Below are positions 34,784 to 47,898 of a DNA stretch of 64,000 nt, piece by piece. The stretch is taken from NCBI GenBank assembly GCA_965649825.1, contig OZ287701.1, forward strand, positions 299,101-363,100, in the 5' to 3' direction. Position numbers and translations under genes: made by a program. This stretch comes from Penicillus capitatus (taxonomy: Eukaryota; Plantae; Chlorophyta). The notes beneath the pieces were generated by a model, which was not told the origin of the DNA, ran no database searches, and was given only the letters and a program-made list of their open reading frames with translations. Numbering within the stretch: the stretch's first letter is position 1; each line of letters begins with the position of its first letter.

Positions 34784-35365
34784 ATATTCTCCCGCAAAGA
34801 GTTCTTCTGCTCTTTTCTCCTCGTTCTTGGATTTGCGAACCGCATTCGGACGCAGCCGCCGGTCTATCACCCCGACGAGTTGTTGCGAGTCATCGAAGAG
34901 AAAGAGCAGTTTCTCGTCGGCTTGGCAAACCACACCGAAGCGATCTTCGAACAAAGAAAAGACTTCATCGAGAATTGCAGCTGCTCCAAGTACGCTGGGT
35001 TCAACAATGTGTTCGACGTTGCGTGCGGCGCGTACTACGGGCAACACAAGGTATGCGACTTTCCGTGCAATAGACGTATCACCTACGTCTGCAAGTTCGA
35101 AACGGATGCTCCCTGTTCGGCCGGCGTCGCCGACATTCCGAAGGGCGGGTTCTTCAAGGTGCCGCCCTTGGACCGGTGCGTGGACGAGATCAAGGCCCTC
35201 GACGAAACCCGACCGGTGAAGGATGTCAAGAAGCTCAGCGTGGAGGACGTCATGTGCGACCTCGGAAAAGAGAGAACGAACAAAGAGCTCATCTGTTGCA
35301 CCGTCGACGAGGACGATGTTTGCCAGGCGGGAAAGGGATCCTCGTCTAAGAAGGACTGTCGATAG
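34784..35365 (+). pseudogene. In-frame deletion chimera of the two tandem VWA/CTLD paralogs; start codon ATG changed to ATA
   Basis: The 5' half matches 56366-56649 and the 3' half matches 61527-61824. The junction is at shared CCGTG (35063-35067). VWA, Cache and most of the CTLD are missing. ATA at 34784 corresponds to ATG at 56366. Confidence 0.85.
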
Positions 35366-36825
35366 ACGGTGAGCGAACGGGCTGAAGCACAGTCGTCGCT
35401 GTCCGAAGCGGAAGTTGAGCAAAGTTCAGATACCTTGCATCTCCTTTGTTTCCCGTTCGTGATGGAGGGTTCGCGTGTTCGATTCTGTGCTTTACAGAGC
35501 TAGTATGTTTGTTTGTTGTTCCGTTTGAATTGTTTATTCCCTCTCGTGCACATACATTGGTTGCTTTGTTCAGCCATATGTCGAACTGGGTGTTGTTTTA
35601 CGTAATTCCAGATCATCCGAAGACTGCTCAATCTCTTCTTGATAGCAACGTTATGACAGAAAGTGCGAAGAGGTTTTCGATTTCTCAGCCACGGACGACA
35701 GAATACCTCGGGTGAAATGGATGAAACATAACGACTTCCTGTTCTTCTAGAAACGTCGAGTGTTCAGAACTCGACACGCACTCTTTACGCACGCGATAGA
35801 GTGCGGCGCTGACAAGAGTGGTTCTGTCTGCCACCACATAGTAAACCGCAGCGGTGTAATGACCCTTAGGCACTATTTGTTCTCAGCCTTCGTCAGCGGT
35901 GAGGCCGTCCGTGATCGTCTTTCTGTCCTTACTTTATTTTTTGCTCCTGTGCCATTGAGATACGATCCTTGTTTGACAGACCAAACCAAGGACGAGCACA
36001 ACGACACGCCGGAGTTGTTAGCGAATTTGCCGAATTAGTCAGTAGAAAGGACCTCCGACACGAACAGGAGGTTTGCTTCATCGAACTGCGCATCCGGAAA
36101 CGACCGCATCGACGAGATACGGAACCGATGTACAACCGAGACGTTTTCAGGTACGATCGGCTAACGCTCTATTCACGTTTGACGGACTCCAGCAATGTGT
36201 CAGATTTGTCAGGTCCTGTGTTGTCAACAACGATGGATGTGACCAGAGCACTCGCAGATACGGTCAGTTGCAAGGTTGTTCTGTCAATCGGGCATTCGTA
36301 TCGTCGTTTGCCATTAGATAAACTGTTTAAACTAGTGCTTTGAGTTTCACAACATCAAGGTTCGGGCCAACACTTGAGTAACCGGTATGTCCTCCTAGAT
36401 TCGACCATTCCATGGAAGCGATTCTAGGAAATAAGTAGACTTAGTGAAACTTAGACATCATCAGTATGAAGGTATCATAACGAACAATGTTGTTGAACGG
36501 TGACTGGCAGTGGTGCCCGGACTGAAGAGGATGTTGCCCATGTATCGACGAATGAAGAAGTGGTGCCCAACGAAGAGCACTGTGTCTTCTTCAACTTCGA
36601 AACGGTCGGAAAATGAAATAGCAGAGCCCATGTTTCACTCATCGCTGTCCATTGGATTGTAATGGCTTTACGCAACTTTTAATAAGGTATCACTGATAGA
36701 CATCAAAGCACAGAAGATCTATGAGACTTCAAAAACCTACTCCACCGGATAATGAGGTAAGCGACGAAAAGGACTCTGCCATTGTGCGATTTATGCCCTT
36801 ACTCTTAAAACCATTCATCATGTCG

Positions 36826-38488
36826 CTATGCACAGAGGAATCGCAAACATGAAAGCCTGCAGAAAAAGCGCAAACACGGAAACCTGCTAAACAGGATCTG
36901 TTCGTCGCCTTCCTTTAGCTTCGGATTGGTGATCTTCAGGTATCTGAGTCGAGGGAATGTGCCTTCGCCGAAGAGACGGAGGACATCGAAGTCCGCAGGT
37001 CCGCAGTAAAGGTTGAGTTCCTGAAGCTGCGACAGCACAGTGAACTGCTTTCGGAAACTGTTGTTGTGTCCAGCTTTAGATCTACTCCATAAAGAGAGAC
37101 TCGTCAAACCAGACAGTGAGGCCAGGGACTGAAAGAACTCTGCATCCAGATCATCTTGTGTATCAAGTGTCAGTCTTCGGAGACTCTTCAATTGGGATAG
37201 CACGTGATTCGGCAGACTCGGCAAGCGTTCATCGTTCCACAGCAACTCTGTTAAGCGCGTCAGCTGTGTGAGTGCATTGCCCAGATCCTCTGATATTGGT
37301 GGCGATTTTTGCAGAGAGAGATGCGACAGTTTGCCGAGGGGGACAACGCTTCCTTGGATCGATACTCCTTCGAGCGCCAGAGACGTCAACTGTGTCAACT
37401 GTGAGACACAGACTGAAACGTGCCTGGGCCTTTCACGTGCAGCGATCAGCAGGCTGAGCGACTGTAGATTGGTCAGAAAACAGAAGACGTCGCCGACAGT
37501 ATGTTTCGGGTAAGAACTCATCCTCAGACTGAGACTTCTCAGGGTATCGACTGTTGCGACGACTGAGAGTAGCGAATCGATAGACTCTTTTGACTGAATA
37601 TCGCAGATGTGCATATCAAGCACTTCGAGTTGACCAAAACGCTGCAAAGCTGTCCACATTCTCAAAGGCTCATCGGATCTCGCACGAAGACAACGCAGAT
37701 TCAAGGATCGTAAAGTACCGGCGTAATAGGCAAGAATCTGAAAAGACAGAAGATCGAATCAACAGGGGAACCCGTTTTGAATGATATCTTACTGTAAGCA
37801 GTTCTGGCGCTGACATGTCTATGGGATATCCAGTGTTTACCGTCAACTTCGTCAGCGCAGAAGAGGGGAACAAAATCTGATTGCTTCCGTTCTTCAATAA
37901 TCTTGCGGAAAGAGCGAGTTCACGGAGTCCTTCGAGTTCGGTGAAAGGGTTCCATGACCTCGGGTCGACACCCGGTCTAAGTGAAACCTCCACGTTCAGT
38001 TTCTTCAATCTTGTCAAGTGAGGGAGTGCGTTGCGGAAGCTCTCACATGATGCCGGGTTAAGGAACACTCCCAGCGACTGCAATCGATTATACGTTTCTT
38101 CATGATTGATTTCCACGTTGGTGTATATTCCATCGGTGGAATATTCCAGTCGGTCTAGGTTCTCGAGGGAGGACATACCCGCCAGCTGCCGAGCGACGTC
38201 AAGGTCATCTGAGGGGAAACGCGGAGTGCAGGAGACTTCGACAGCGTTGGGAAAAGTGGCCAGTACTTTGTGTAGATCTTGTCGTGGCACCCGTCGAAGC
38301 TTGACAGGGAGGGCCTTGCATGCGGCGTTCCATTTTCGACACACGCGACGACACTCATGAAGACCGCCGTCGTCGATTAAGTAATGGAGTACTTTCTCAA
38401 GAAAACATTCATCCTTGAGCAGGGTACCGATGTTCTTCGGGGAACTGCGACGCGGTCGTGTTTCTCCGGAGAAGGTTCGCTTCGCCAT
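36826..38488 (-). CDS. F-box/leucine-rich-repeat protein; complement(join(36826..37737,37793..38488))
   Basis: F-box-like LLKDECFLEKVLHYL.DDGGLHECRRVCRKWNAAC, followed by LxxLxxLxL repeats. A 55-nt GTAAG..CAG intron joins the two ORFs in frame. Confidence 0.8.
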
Positions 38489-41466
38489 AAGATGTCCGGT
38501 ATGCTTCTGTGGAGGTTCTGCTTTTTCAGAAGAGGATTGCAAAGTGACTGCCGCCAGCGGAATGTCGTCGAATAGCGCGACGACGCTTTTTGCGTTCAGA
38601 CGCGCCGCAGATGACGATGATGTAACACACGGGATGCGAAGGCGGAGTACGTCGAGTGCTGCAGTCAAATCATCGTCGGCTGTGGCGCAAGGACTGGCGA
38701 GAGCACTTGACGCGACGGGCACCTTCCGGAAATGCCCACCCAGGGCGATTTTCGCGCGACACACAGTGGTGCATATCACACAGAACACTTTATCGGTCAT
38801 ACGGTTGTCTCTTTTTACCATCAGCGAGCGCACTTCGTTTACACGACTGACTCGGCGATACGCGATGCATCCATCTTGCATGTAGATCCAGGAATAGCAG
38901 CGCTTCATGTTTTCAGCCTGGCCGAAGATAGAGAGGAGGCTCTTTTGTGTTATAGCACTGTGACATTCAATACTCCAAGATTGAATTGACTCTGTGAAAA
39001 GTATGAAAATAAGGCGACAGAACGCGCGAAGCGTATGACGGAGGCGAAATCGGAAAGATGTCATCAGCAGCACCATTCATCTAGCGGTGTACCGAACGCA
39101 ATCTTCACAGTCGAATGCCCCCTTGACTGGATTATTCAAGTGTCTGCCTTCCGGGCGTCACAGCGCACACACATACTTTAGACGTCACTCGTGGATTCCG
39201 CGAAAACCCATTATGAGATCAACCTGTCGCGCTACCGACAAGGCCACTCTGACGAAACGCGTGCTGCCTGGAGAGTAAATTCGTTTCGGTTAAACGACAA
39301 AGTGGTCTTAGCGCCTTCCGCGATGCTTACGGGCATTATGATTGTCAGTTAGCTACGATCGGGGCAGGATCTTTTGTCAGTGGTTCTTGTCTAAGGCTCA
39401 GTATGTTTACTTTGCCGACAAAGATAAGTGAGCGCAAGGCGGCGTCCACTTGCCCTTCTGGTCTACGCAGCTTCAGTTCGCATCACTGTTGGTCATGGAC
39501 TGTGGATGTTGATTATTTGCATGCTATGTAGAACCAGGACAAATGCTGTCCGGCAGTATGTTACTGGACTTCGTTCTTTCTTCTCGTTTTAAAGAGTGTA
39601 GCGCCGCAGTTTTACTGGGGCAAAATGTGTTCTGCATTTCGCTGCGGAGGTGTCACACATGCTTCGCCATTCCGGAGAAGATTTATCTACATTTTTCGTA
39701 ATTCCACTTCACATCCATCATTTGGCCTGAGGAAGAAAACCTCCACCTTGTCGTCATCTTGATGGTTATTTCTTACTCTATTAAGCTTGCCCAGCCAAAC
39801 ATGCACAAGGTGAGATTTCTCTCTTTTTGAGAAGATGAAAACAGTCATCGCACAGGTAGCGAATCAAGATTACAATGAACCAAATGGTTATCTGATGGTC
39901 GACAGGAGAACTGCATCAGTTCTCGTTCATAAACGATTGCTGCGAAAACGAACTCCTTCCGCTAAGTCAGATAGCAGCGCAGGATTCCAGGTTCCTGATA
40001 AATCGCCACTTCCTCGTCCGTCTGGACATGAGACTGAAACGGGATGACAACGAATCCTGTCAGATCTCAGTAGACAGAAAGACAGCGACTTGCCAGATGG
40101 TCACCCGTTCTTGGTGTTGCGCCTTATGGTTGAGTGTTGCTGCAGTGGAAGCTAAGGTCTGTTAAAGATATGACCCGTGGTGTGTTGCAAGTGAGATCAT
40201 CAGAATCGAAGACTCAGAGTTGTGAGCGTCTTCTGGATGCTACTTCGTCGATCCAGGGTTTTGTTTGGGAGCAGGCAGGCGTTCTTCCACCCCAATGGAT
40301 CAATAGGTTCAAGCTCTCCGGTCGATTCGATTAAGGAGCTGAAGTCAGAGCTCGAACGAGGGCGCTTCACCATGCGCACTGTCCACTTCATCGACTCTGC
40401 GAGAGACAGACTAGAAAGTAAATCAATTACTTTTCTCTCCGATCAAGATGGGCAGAATAGGCTGCCATCGTGTCATCCGAGGACATGACAGAAGATGGCT
40501 TACAGTTCCTTTCACTCAAGATGGTATGGAAGACGAGTCATTGGGCTTTGTCGAAGAATGCTGGGTGACGGTCGAGATAAAGGTAGCGTTATTCGACGAA
40601 TCAGAATTCGATGCGGAGATGGCGTCATTCCAAACCCTCTGGATGAAGTTCCTTGTATATAGTGGAGTGAGCTTGATCGTGACAAATGGATCTGCGAAAG
40701 TACATTGCTGACCGACGTCTTCCCGCTGTCGTCAACGAGGTACGAGGAAGATCAGGAGTTACAAAAAGTACAAACAGAGACATCATTCCCATCTAAATAT
40801 GCCCTTGTCGCAGTCAGATCACACCGCTTTGACGTGATTGTGCACAGATGGAGCTGGGGCAGAAAATGGCATTTCCTGCACCTTCGTTCTCAACAAGTAC
40901 AGATACTATGCGACATACGAGGTCTGTTTCGCCAGGCCATTCCGTCTGTCCTGCCATGATTCTTTTGTCCTCTTCAGTGTCGGGTGTTTTAAGGTCTGGT
41001 GCACAACAGAGATATGAAAGTATCCTCTAAACCGTTTCAGTTAATGTCAGAGATACGGATGTCACGCCTCTCTCCGCAGCCATCGAGACAGTTAAGTCGA
41101 TGTGCAACCACCCTGGCGCGCTGACCATCGGTCGCGACGGGTGTCGACCTCCGACTTTACTGTTCAATAACCATCGGATGATGGATACGGAACGAGGCCT
41201 GAACTTCGCAGCTGTTAGACGTGGAAGTTCGTGGGGTCCTAACCATACTGAGTATTTAACAGCAACAGTCTCCTGTAAACTATCTCGTGTTCCTGTGTTA
41301 TCGTTCGAGCGTTCGTCTTTCGTCGTCGTCGCGTTTGAGGTCGACTCTGAGTGTATCAAGTCGTTTACACGATCCCAACAGTTAAACGGGAGAAAATGGT
41401 CAAACAGTAAACTGACAAGAATGCTGCTGAACAATGTTCGGTGTCTTCAAGCGTATCGATGTGCAT

Positions 41467-41765
41467 GCCGGACATGGACCGAGAAAGGGAGAGGATGTGA
41501 TGGTCCATGTGCAACTTACTGGACAGCAGCGGTCGAGAATCAAAGACTCTCATATGGCGAAGCAGTTCGCTTCAGAAATGAAGCAACTCTACACCGACAT
41601 CACGGAGGATGAGCTCCGTTCCTTGCTACACTCCTGACTCGATGCATGACGCTGGTTGTTTGACGGGTTGTCTCCTAAGCAGAATTTAGCAAATGGCTAA
41701 GGCGGTGCGATCAACACGCAAAATGCTGCTTTGTCTTCAACCGAACTGACATGACAGGTGGGCAT
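41467..41765 (+). pseudogene. Detached 3' fragment (last ~55 codons + 3' flank) of the BAHD acyltransferase gene
   Basis: VMVHVQLTGQQRSRIKDS...YTDITEDELR and about 120 nt after the stop match about 13529-13858. No upstream BAHD exons were found. Confidence 0.85.
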
Positions 41766-41922
41766 AAGTCGTGATCTGTCTAAAAGATGGTTTTTGATTT
41801 AATCACTTTTAAATCTCTTTTTGTTAAGATCCGGAGAGCAACCGACACTCATTATAGCAATCAATGTAGCATACACGCAAAGGCCAAGCGACAACTAGAA
41901 GGAACGGAGAGAGGCGAAGTGA

Positions 41923-42668
41923 TCATGTGTCGCCACGAGGTTCACTAGTAAAGTGAATGAAGGGACGGATTGGTAAAACCATGTAATCCAGCGTAGCGTA
42001 CAGGGTCTTCTGTTCTCCAAAAAGCTTCTCGTGCAAGGTCTTCGAAATGTATACTTTTACATTTCGGCGGTCCAGTCCGGCAGAGGCTGTCCGGTTGGGT
42101 CGCGTTTCCTGCGGTTCAATCGGTGTAGAGCCGCGAAGTGGGTCTCTCAGAGCTCGGAAACAGGGAGGTTCCAGCATGAGACGGGAAGGTGTGTCACTTA
42201 GAGACGCCAGGGAGCTCCACACGTTGTCGAGGTCTTGGGCGAGTGCCGTCATGACGTCTGAGGGGGTCACCGTTTGTTGATTGCGGGCAATCTGTGAGAG
42301 ACAAGACGGCTGGGGCTGGGTCGTAGTAAGGGCCTTCGGTGGCCAGCAGGAGCGAGTCTCTGGCGCGTTCGTGGAGGTGGACAAGTCGGAGCTGCTCGGC
42401 ATCCCGCCGTTCGTGAGCTGACAAGTAGGCGCGGATCTTCTGCGCCAGCTGCACTGGGTCCAGGACGGCGGCGGCGGTCTGCGAGGAGAACGCCTTGAGG
42501 GCGGTGTTCACTACCAAAAGCTCCTCCCTGCTCATCGCGTCGAGCACCTCGGATGACCGGCGAAGGTCGCGCCGGGTATCGGACCGTGTGTGCGGTCTGG
42601 GCGACCGACGTGCTCACGGGGTCAGGGGCGGTGCCAGAGCCTCCGGGCTGTGAACCGGAAGGCTGCAT
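41923..42668 (-). CDS. Probable small multi-exon gene of unknown function
   Basis: GC3-rich, protein-like segments (VLDAMSREELLVVNTALKAF..., IARNQQTVTPSDVMTALAQDL...) lie in different frames with a GTGAGC donor and a CACAG acceptor. The exact exon structure is not resolved. Confidence 0.35.
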
Positions 42669-43833
42669 CGTTCGAGTTTCGCGCGTTCGGACACCGAACG
42701 TTCGGCAAAGGTTTTGTAACAGGCAGAACGGAAGAGTCGTACGGAAAAAGATCTAGGCAGTGTCTAGAAGAGGATGGAATCATCGACGACGTCTCCTATC
42801 TCTCATCGACGCCAACAATCTACTGACCATAAAGAGTAATAAGAAGGCAGGGAACTCTAGAGCGTAGTGTGACCATGCTGACGGAAAAAAGACGATACAG
42901 ACACGGATGGTAAGTAGACTAAAGTTTGGATTCGTTTAGCCGCTCTTGTACAGCAAAGCTAACACATGTGAGCAGTTCTTTCTCCCAACAGTCGGACCGC
43001 TTCTGATTGACCCAGTGACACGACAGGCCCAACAAATCGCCTCATTCCTTACATGCATTTCTTCTAGCAGACAACATCGTTGTCCCATTGGAAGCAGATT
43101 GTCACTGATTCGACTGAGTCTAATCATTTAAATACCAAGAGCAGCACTCTGGTCCAGCGGACAACGGTGTATCCACACCACGCGTGCTAATGAAACATTA
43201 CAGGCAGGTCTTGCGACTCTTGTCGGGTTAGACGGTCCACAAGGGGCACGTCTACGAAGACGATGTTTCATTCACAATCGTCAAATGCCTCTTCCTGTCG
43301 TTCCACGGGTCGGCGACTTCTTTAAAAGATAAACCAGAGATCGGTTCATAACATCATGCCGAAATCGGCCGATTCTCGACCTTTCAGCAAAGATTCAACG
43401 AAACGACCTAGAAACGCACCGTGTCGAGCAGGCGACCTCGGTCATGTCTTGTCAGCAACTTAAATACCGAGCCTGAATTTCCGATCAAAACTTCTCAATG
43501 GTAAATAGTCTGCTTCACAACACACAGATCCACGAAAACTCTGTGCATAACAGGGAACAGCTAGACGGTCGTCTAAGGACAGCTGCGCCATTGCATCCAT
43601 GAATTGTCGCTGCAGTCCCGTCTGCTCAGACCTCGAGCTGACGACAAGAATATCACCGTGCATACACAGCCTAATAGATTCGAATGAAGCACAACCAGAT
43701 GCTCGACAGCCGACTCAAGTGCCTTCTCGCTCGAGTGCAGTTTTGCTCTGTTAATGTACTTAAGGGCAATCATCGTAAGGTTCAATTCTGCGCTGTCGTT
43801 AACGTTTCGCATTCCTCTTTATTACGCAAAGTG

Positions 43834-46289
43834 ATGGATCTTGTTAACATGTCTTTGAAGCTCGTCGAAGCCATCGTCGAACATGCCGCACGCGCCGTGG
43901 CAAACACGGAAGATTGCAAACTGCTCGCCTCGTTGACAAAGCAGACGAAGCCATTTTTACAGACACTCGAGCAGAACCCAGTGGAAGACCTCACGCTTCA
44001 GACCGCACTGAACCTCGTGTTCGACGCACTCAAGGAAGCGGACCAGGTCATAGAGACGTGCTGCAGGTCGACACGCCTTACACGTATGCTCTGTGCTCCT
44101 ATAAACAGCCAGATGCTGGAGCGCGCTGCTCAGAAGCTGGAGCATGCGTTGCAGCAAGTGCCCTTTGACAGGCTGCAAGTCGCGTCAGAGATACACGAAG
44201 GCCTGCTCTCCCTCAGAGAGGACCTGCGCCGTGCCAAGTTCGACAGCGCGGCGGCGTCGTCGCATCAAGCGCGGATGTTGAAGGAAGAGATGGAAAAGGC
44301 GTTTGATCAGTATCTTAAAGGGACAGAAAAGATGAAGTCCATCGTCGTCGAAACGATGACGAAACACTCAAAGTCCATCAACGACAGACTGCAGGACGTG
44401 GATGTGCTGAAAGATTACGTCCGCCAGGCGCAAAAGGACAAAGACGAACGACAGGAATTTGCGTTACAACAGATCATCAATGTGATTTCCGAGTCCATCC
44501 AGCAGAACGAAGCAGCCTCGTCCGCAGAGGTGGCAGATGTCGTTCACGATCAGCTTCGTTGTCCCATCAGCGCAGGGGTCGTGAAGGACCCGGGCATGAC
44601 ATACGAGGGAGACAGCATCTCCAAACGGCCGGAAAAGGGAAAGACAGAGGATTCAGTGACCACGAAGGAGATCAAATCTGGTGAACCGATTCCAAACCGT
44701 TTGGTCAAGACAATGATGGGCCCCGCGTTCGGGATCGAGGGTGCGGCAGATAGGCAGACCGAGAAGAAAGAAAGCCTGTCCCTGGAGGCAGGATTGTACG
44801 AAGGACACGGCCAACATAAACGACCAGATGGCACTGTGGAATCCGCCTACCTTCTCCTCTGCCTCGATCCGGACGGAAACGTGCAAGGATACGTGATCAC
44901 TGAAGCGGAGGACAGCGACGCCGAGCAGCAATCCTTGATTGTGCAGGGAAAGTGGGAAACGTCCAGTCCAAGCATGTCCTTCACGAGTGTGCACGTTAAG
45001 TATGAAGGCACTATCTTTGTTGCCTCGTCTCCCAAGAAAGCATTCAGATTTGTCGGCACGGCGACATCCGGCTCTTCCCCTGCCCACCGTTTCGAATATC
45101 CGCATCTCGCGCCGCCTCCGTTGCAGCACCACTTCCTGCTTCGTTCAGGCCTGCTGGAAATGAAGGGAATCATCATAGGTGCCAATGGAGAAGAGTATCA
45201 GAGCAAAATGCTGCTTTCGTTGAAGAAAGGTTCCAGTCTGCGAGGCTGGCTGACAATCGAAGATTCGTCCGGAAGCATTCGAACAGGGAATGTGCTGAGT
45301 GGCGGTTGGGAGCTGAACGGAGTCATGCACCTCTTTCTGTACTTCCCGAGGACGGCAAGCGAACCCCTCGACAGCGCATCCTCTCCTTCAAAATATCTGG
45401 CGAGATACAAGCTCAGTGGTCATCTGAGCGTCGGCGACCATGCTGGCCATCGACAATGCACTACATACGAAGGTACATGGAAGATAACGGGACCAGAAGG
45501 AGACACGGCGTCCGACACGACGTATCCAACGTTGATCGGCGGCCTGGAAACCTCGGGCAAGTACTGTTACCATTGCTCCCGCACGCCGTCTGGGAGATTG
45601 TCTGCGCCACTTCGGAATCGCATGACGCCTCTGCTGTTGCCCAATGAACGAGGTAAACACACTGAATTCTCTCCTCCGCTGTGTCATCTCCGTGTCGCAG
45701 TTCGCATCATATATCCCGGATTGAAGAAATTCCACTCGATGGGTATGCTGTTTTTCACTTCGCACAGGACCAAGGGTTTTATGGATAAGAGAGACGCATC
45801 GACGGTCTTCGCTTTTTGGCACCATGATAGAAGACTCGCCCTCACCATGTGTTTGGAGGCCACAGACTTTCCGAATGAGTTCTTCATCAAGATCCACAAA
45901 CAACCCCACCTCAAATACGAAGAGCCCAGAGCAGGTAGTTATTTGACAGTACTGCCTCGTACTTTCAAAGAACAGATAAACGACGCTCACTACTGTTGCT
46001 TCGTGCCGCCAGAAAGGTTGCCTCTCTTCTGATACCCGGTCATAATGTGATTTGGTCGTGTTGTGCTGACAGCAAGGACAAAGCATGTGTGTGGAGGCTG
46101 GAGTACGTTGGAAACGATGTTTGTGCTACGGTTGTGAAGCACAATGACGAGGCCGCTTCACAGTTCGTTGGACACGTACTGGCACTTCCGCAAAGGAACA
46201 CAGATAACAGAGATCCTGGCAGTGTCTACGCTACTGTTAGTGCAAACCGTGAAAAAGCACTTCCGATTACAATGCTCGATGAAGCGTGA
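43834..46289 (+). CDS. MLKL-NTD/UND-like helical bundle + coiled coil + degenerate U-box + beta-rich C-terminal domains
   Basis: N-terminal ...ANTEDCKLL...ALNLVFDALKEADQVIETC helical pattern. U-box-like QLRCPISAGVVKDP..TYE..SI....PNRLVK. Intron 46017-46072 joins a last exon ending at 46289. A probable in-frame intron lies at 45653-45700. Confidence 0.7.
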
Positions 46290-47898
46290 GTCTGTTGAAT
46301 CTGATCATAACATTGCTCAAGTGGGATCACGCCCAAAGCCGTCAATTCAATGTCAACTGTCACGATGTAAGTATGAATGCGTCCCAGAAAGAAGTCGGCG
46401 AGCGCCTCCGTTTCCAGATCATCGTCCAGACTTTGCTGCTAGAGTGAGCCCGAAACAACAATGTACCAAGGCGGAGTTGAATCGACGATACGGTCTTTGA
46501 CTTGACAAGTATCGCCTTTCCTTTCGGAGATCGTCCAAGGACTGCCCAAGCTTCTACGACAGATCTGCGTGTAATAGCGCGAGATTGGCCATTCGATCTT
46601 GTTTGTACGTTACCACCGAGCTCGCCAGATGGATCTTTCGATCCCGCAGGGAAGGGGTCGTCGTCGTCCGACGACCAATTGCTTCCACGACTCTGATTAG
46701 GGTCTTCGATAGACGATCGTCAGTGTTTCGCTTTCTTTGCGATGCAGAGGTGAAAAATTCGTACGACACAGCAGCAGAAGCGTGCGGACGAACGAACAAC
46801 TGCGATTGATCGAACGAACTCTGTCTAACGTAGAGCAAACAGGTCGGCGTGTGCTCCTGGAGAGCTTTCCGATGTGCTGCTGCCAGACCCAAGACACTCA
46901 ACTCGTCTCAAAGGTGTGATGCTCAGGCTCGACACCACCGTCGCCCGGACCTTTCCTGCAGCATCCTGAATTGATTGTAGATGTCATACTGCACTCATGG
47001 TCTGCACTTCTGGAGTCGGCCGCTGTGATCTCATCGGAGAACTGTTATTACAGACTGTGTGAACGACGCGACCAGATGCGCGCAGAAAGACAAGCCACAA
47101 AAAACAGATCGTCACCATAACACTAGGTGACTATTGGGGTCATACTTTTTCGAACGACGCAGCTGGTACGTTATCGACAGAAGGATGTGTGAAGAACTCC
47201 CTTCGGCACCCTCTCCCTGTACCTCCCTTTCGACGTCCTCGGCTTGGACGACGCGTATTTCCACCTCGCCTTGACCGAGGGGTGGAGGAGGGGCATTGTT
47301 GCCGGAGTCGTTCCCGTGTTGGATCATCTCACAAGCGCAGCCGAAGTCTTGAAGTTGGATGAGGATGGGCGAAAGTTCGGAGGCCACGCAAACAGCTTTG
47401 CAGCAAAGAGCGACTTGTTACAACTTGAGAATAGACAGCGAATGTTTTGACAGATAGTATGCGATTTAGAACACAAGTGTATACTTTGATGTTTTAACGA
47501 AAGGTGTCTTTATGTGTCAAAGCCTCGCTTAAATACTCAGACCCTGATGTGACGACAGGAAAAGTCGATGAACTTCAAGAGTGAGTTCGCGATGAAATTC
47601 TCAATGAGGCTAGGAAATTCAGTATGAACTTCTAGAAGTTTCTTAGGAATTTCTCCAGAACTCACTCCCAGTCATCACGACTTGTTTGCGACTCAGCAGT
47701 GACGGTTACGTCACACGGCCAAAGACGCGACAAGTGCTAAGTGACAGAAATGTCACCATTACAGAGACGTCCCATCACCTGTTCTGTCAGAATTGCGCCA
47801 TTCTTTCACATGGGGGCACCCGCATTTCCGTCGTGCAAACTCCGATTTGCGGAGCAAAAGAAAACCCAACCCAGAGTGACTCGGCAGAGAAGTGGCCC

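Larger units (their letters stand above)
22480..37540. repeat. Segmental duplication, copy A (paralogous to about 48730-64000)
   Basis: Collinear similarity in intergenic DNA and genes: 22.5 vs 48.75 kb, 23.1 vs 49.55 kb, 34.1 vs 55.7 kb, 35.4-37.5 vs 61.9-64 kb. Ends are approximate. Confidence 0.9.

Noticed and set aside
39800-41000. Possible multi-exon gene on the plus strand
   Set aside because: Protein-like patches exist, but I could not join them into a stop-free model or recognise a domain.
47112-47387. Kinase-like LQDFGCA motif
   Set aside because: An isolated DFG with no other kinase subdomain nearby is likely chance.
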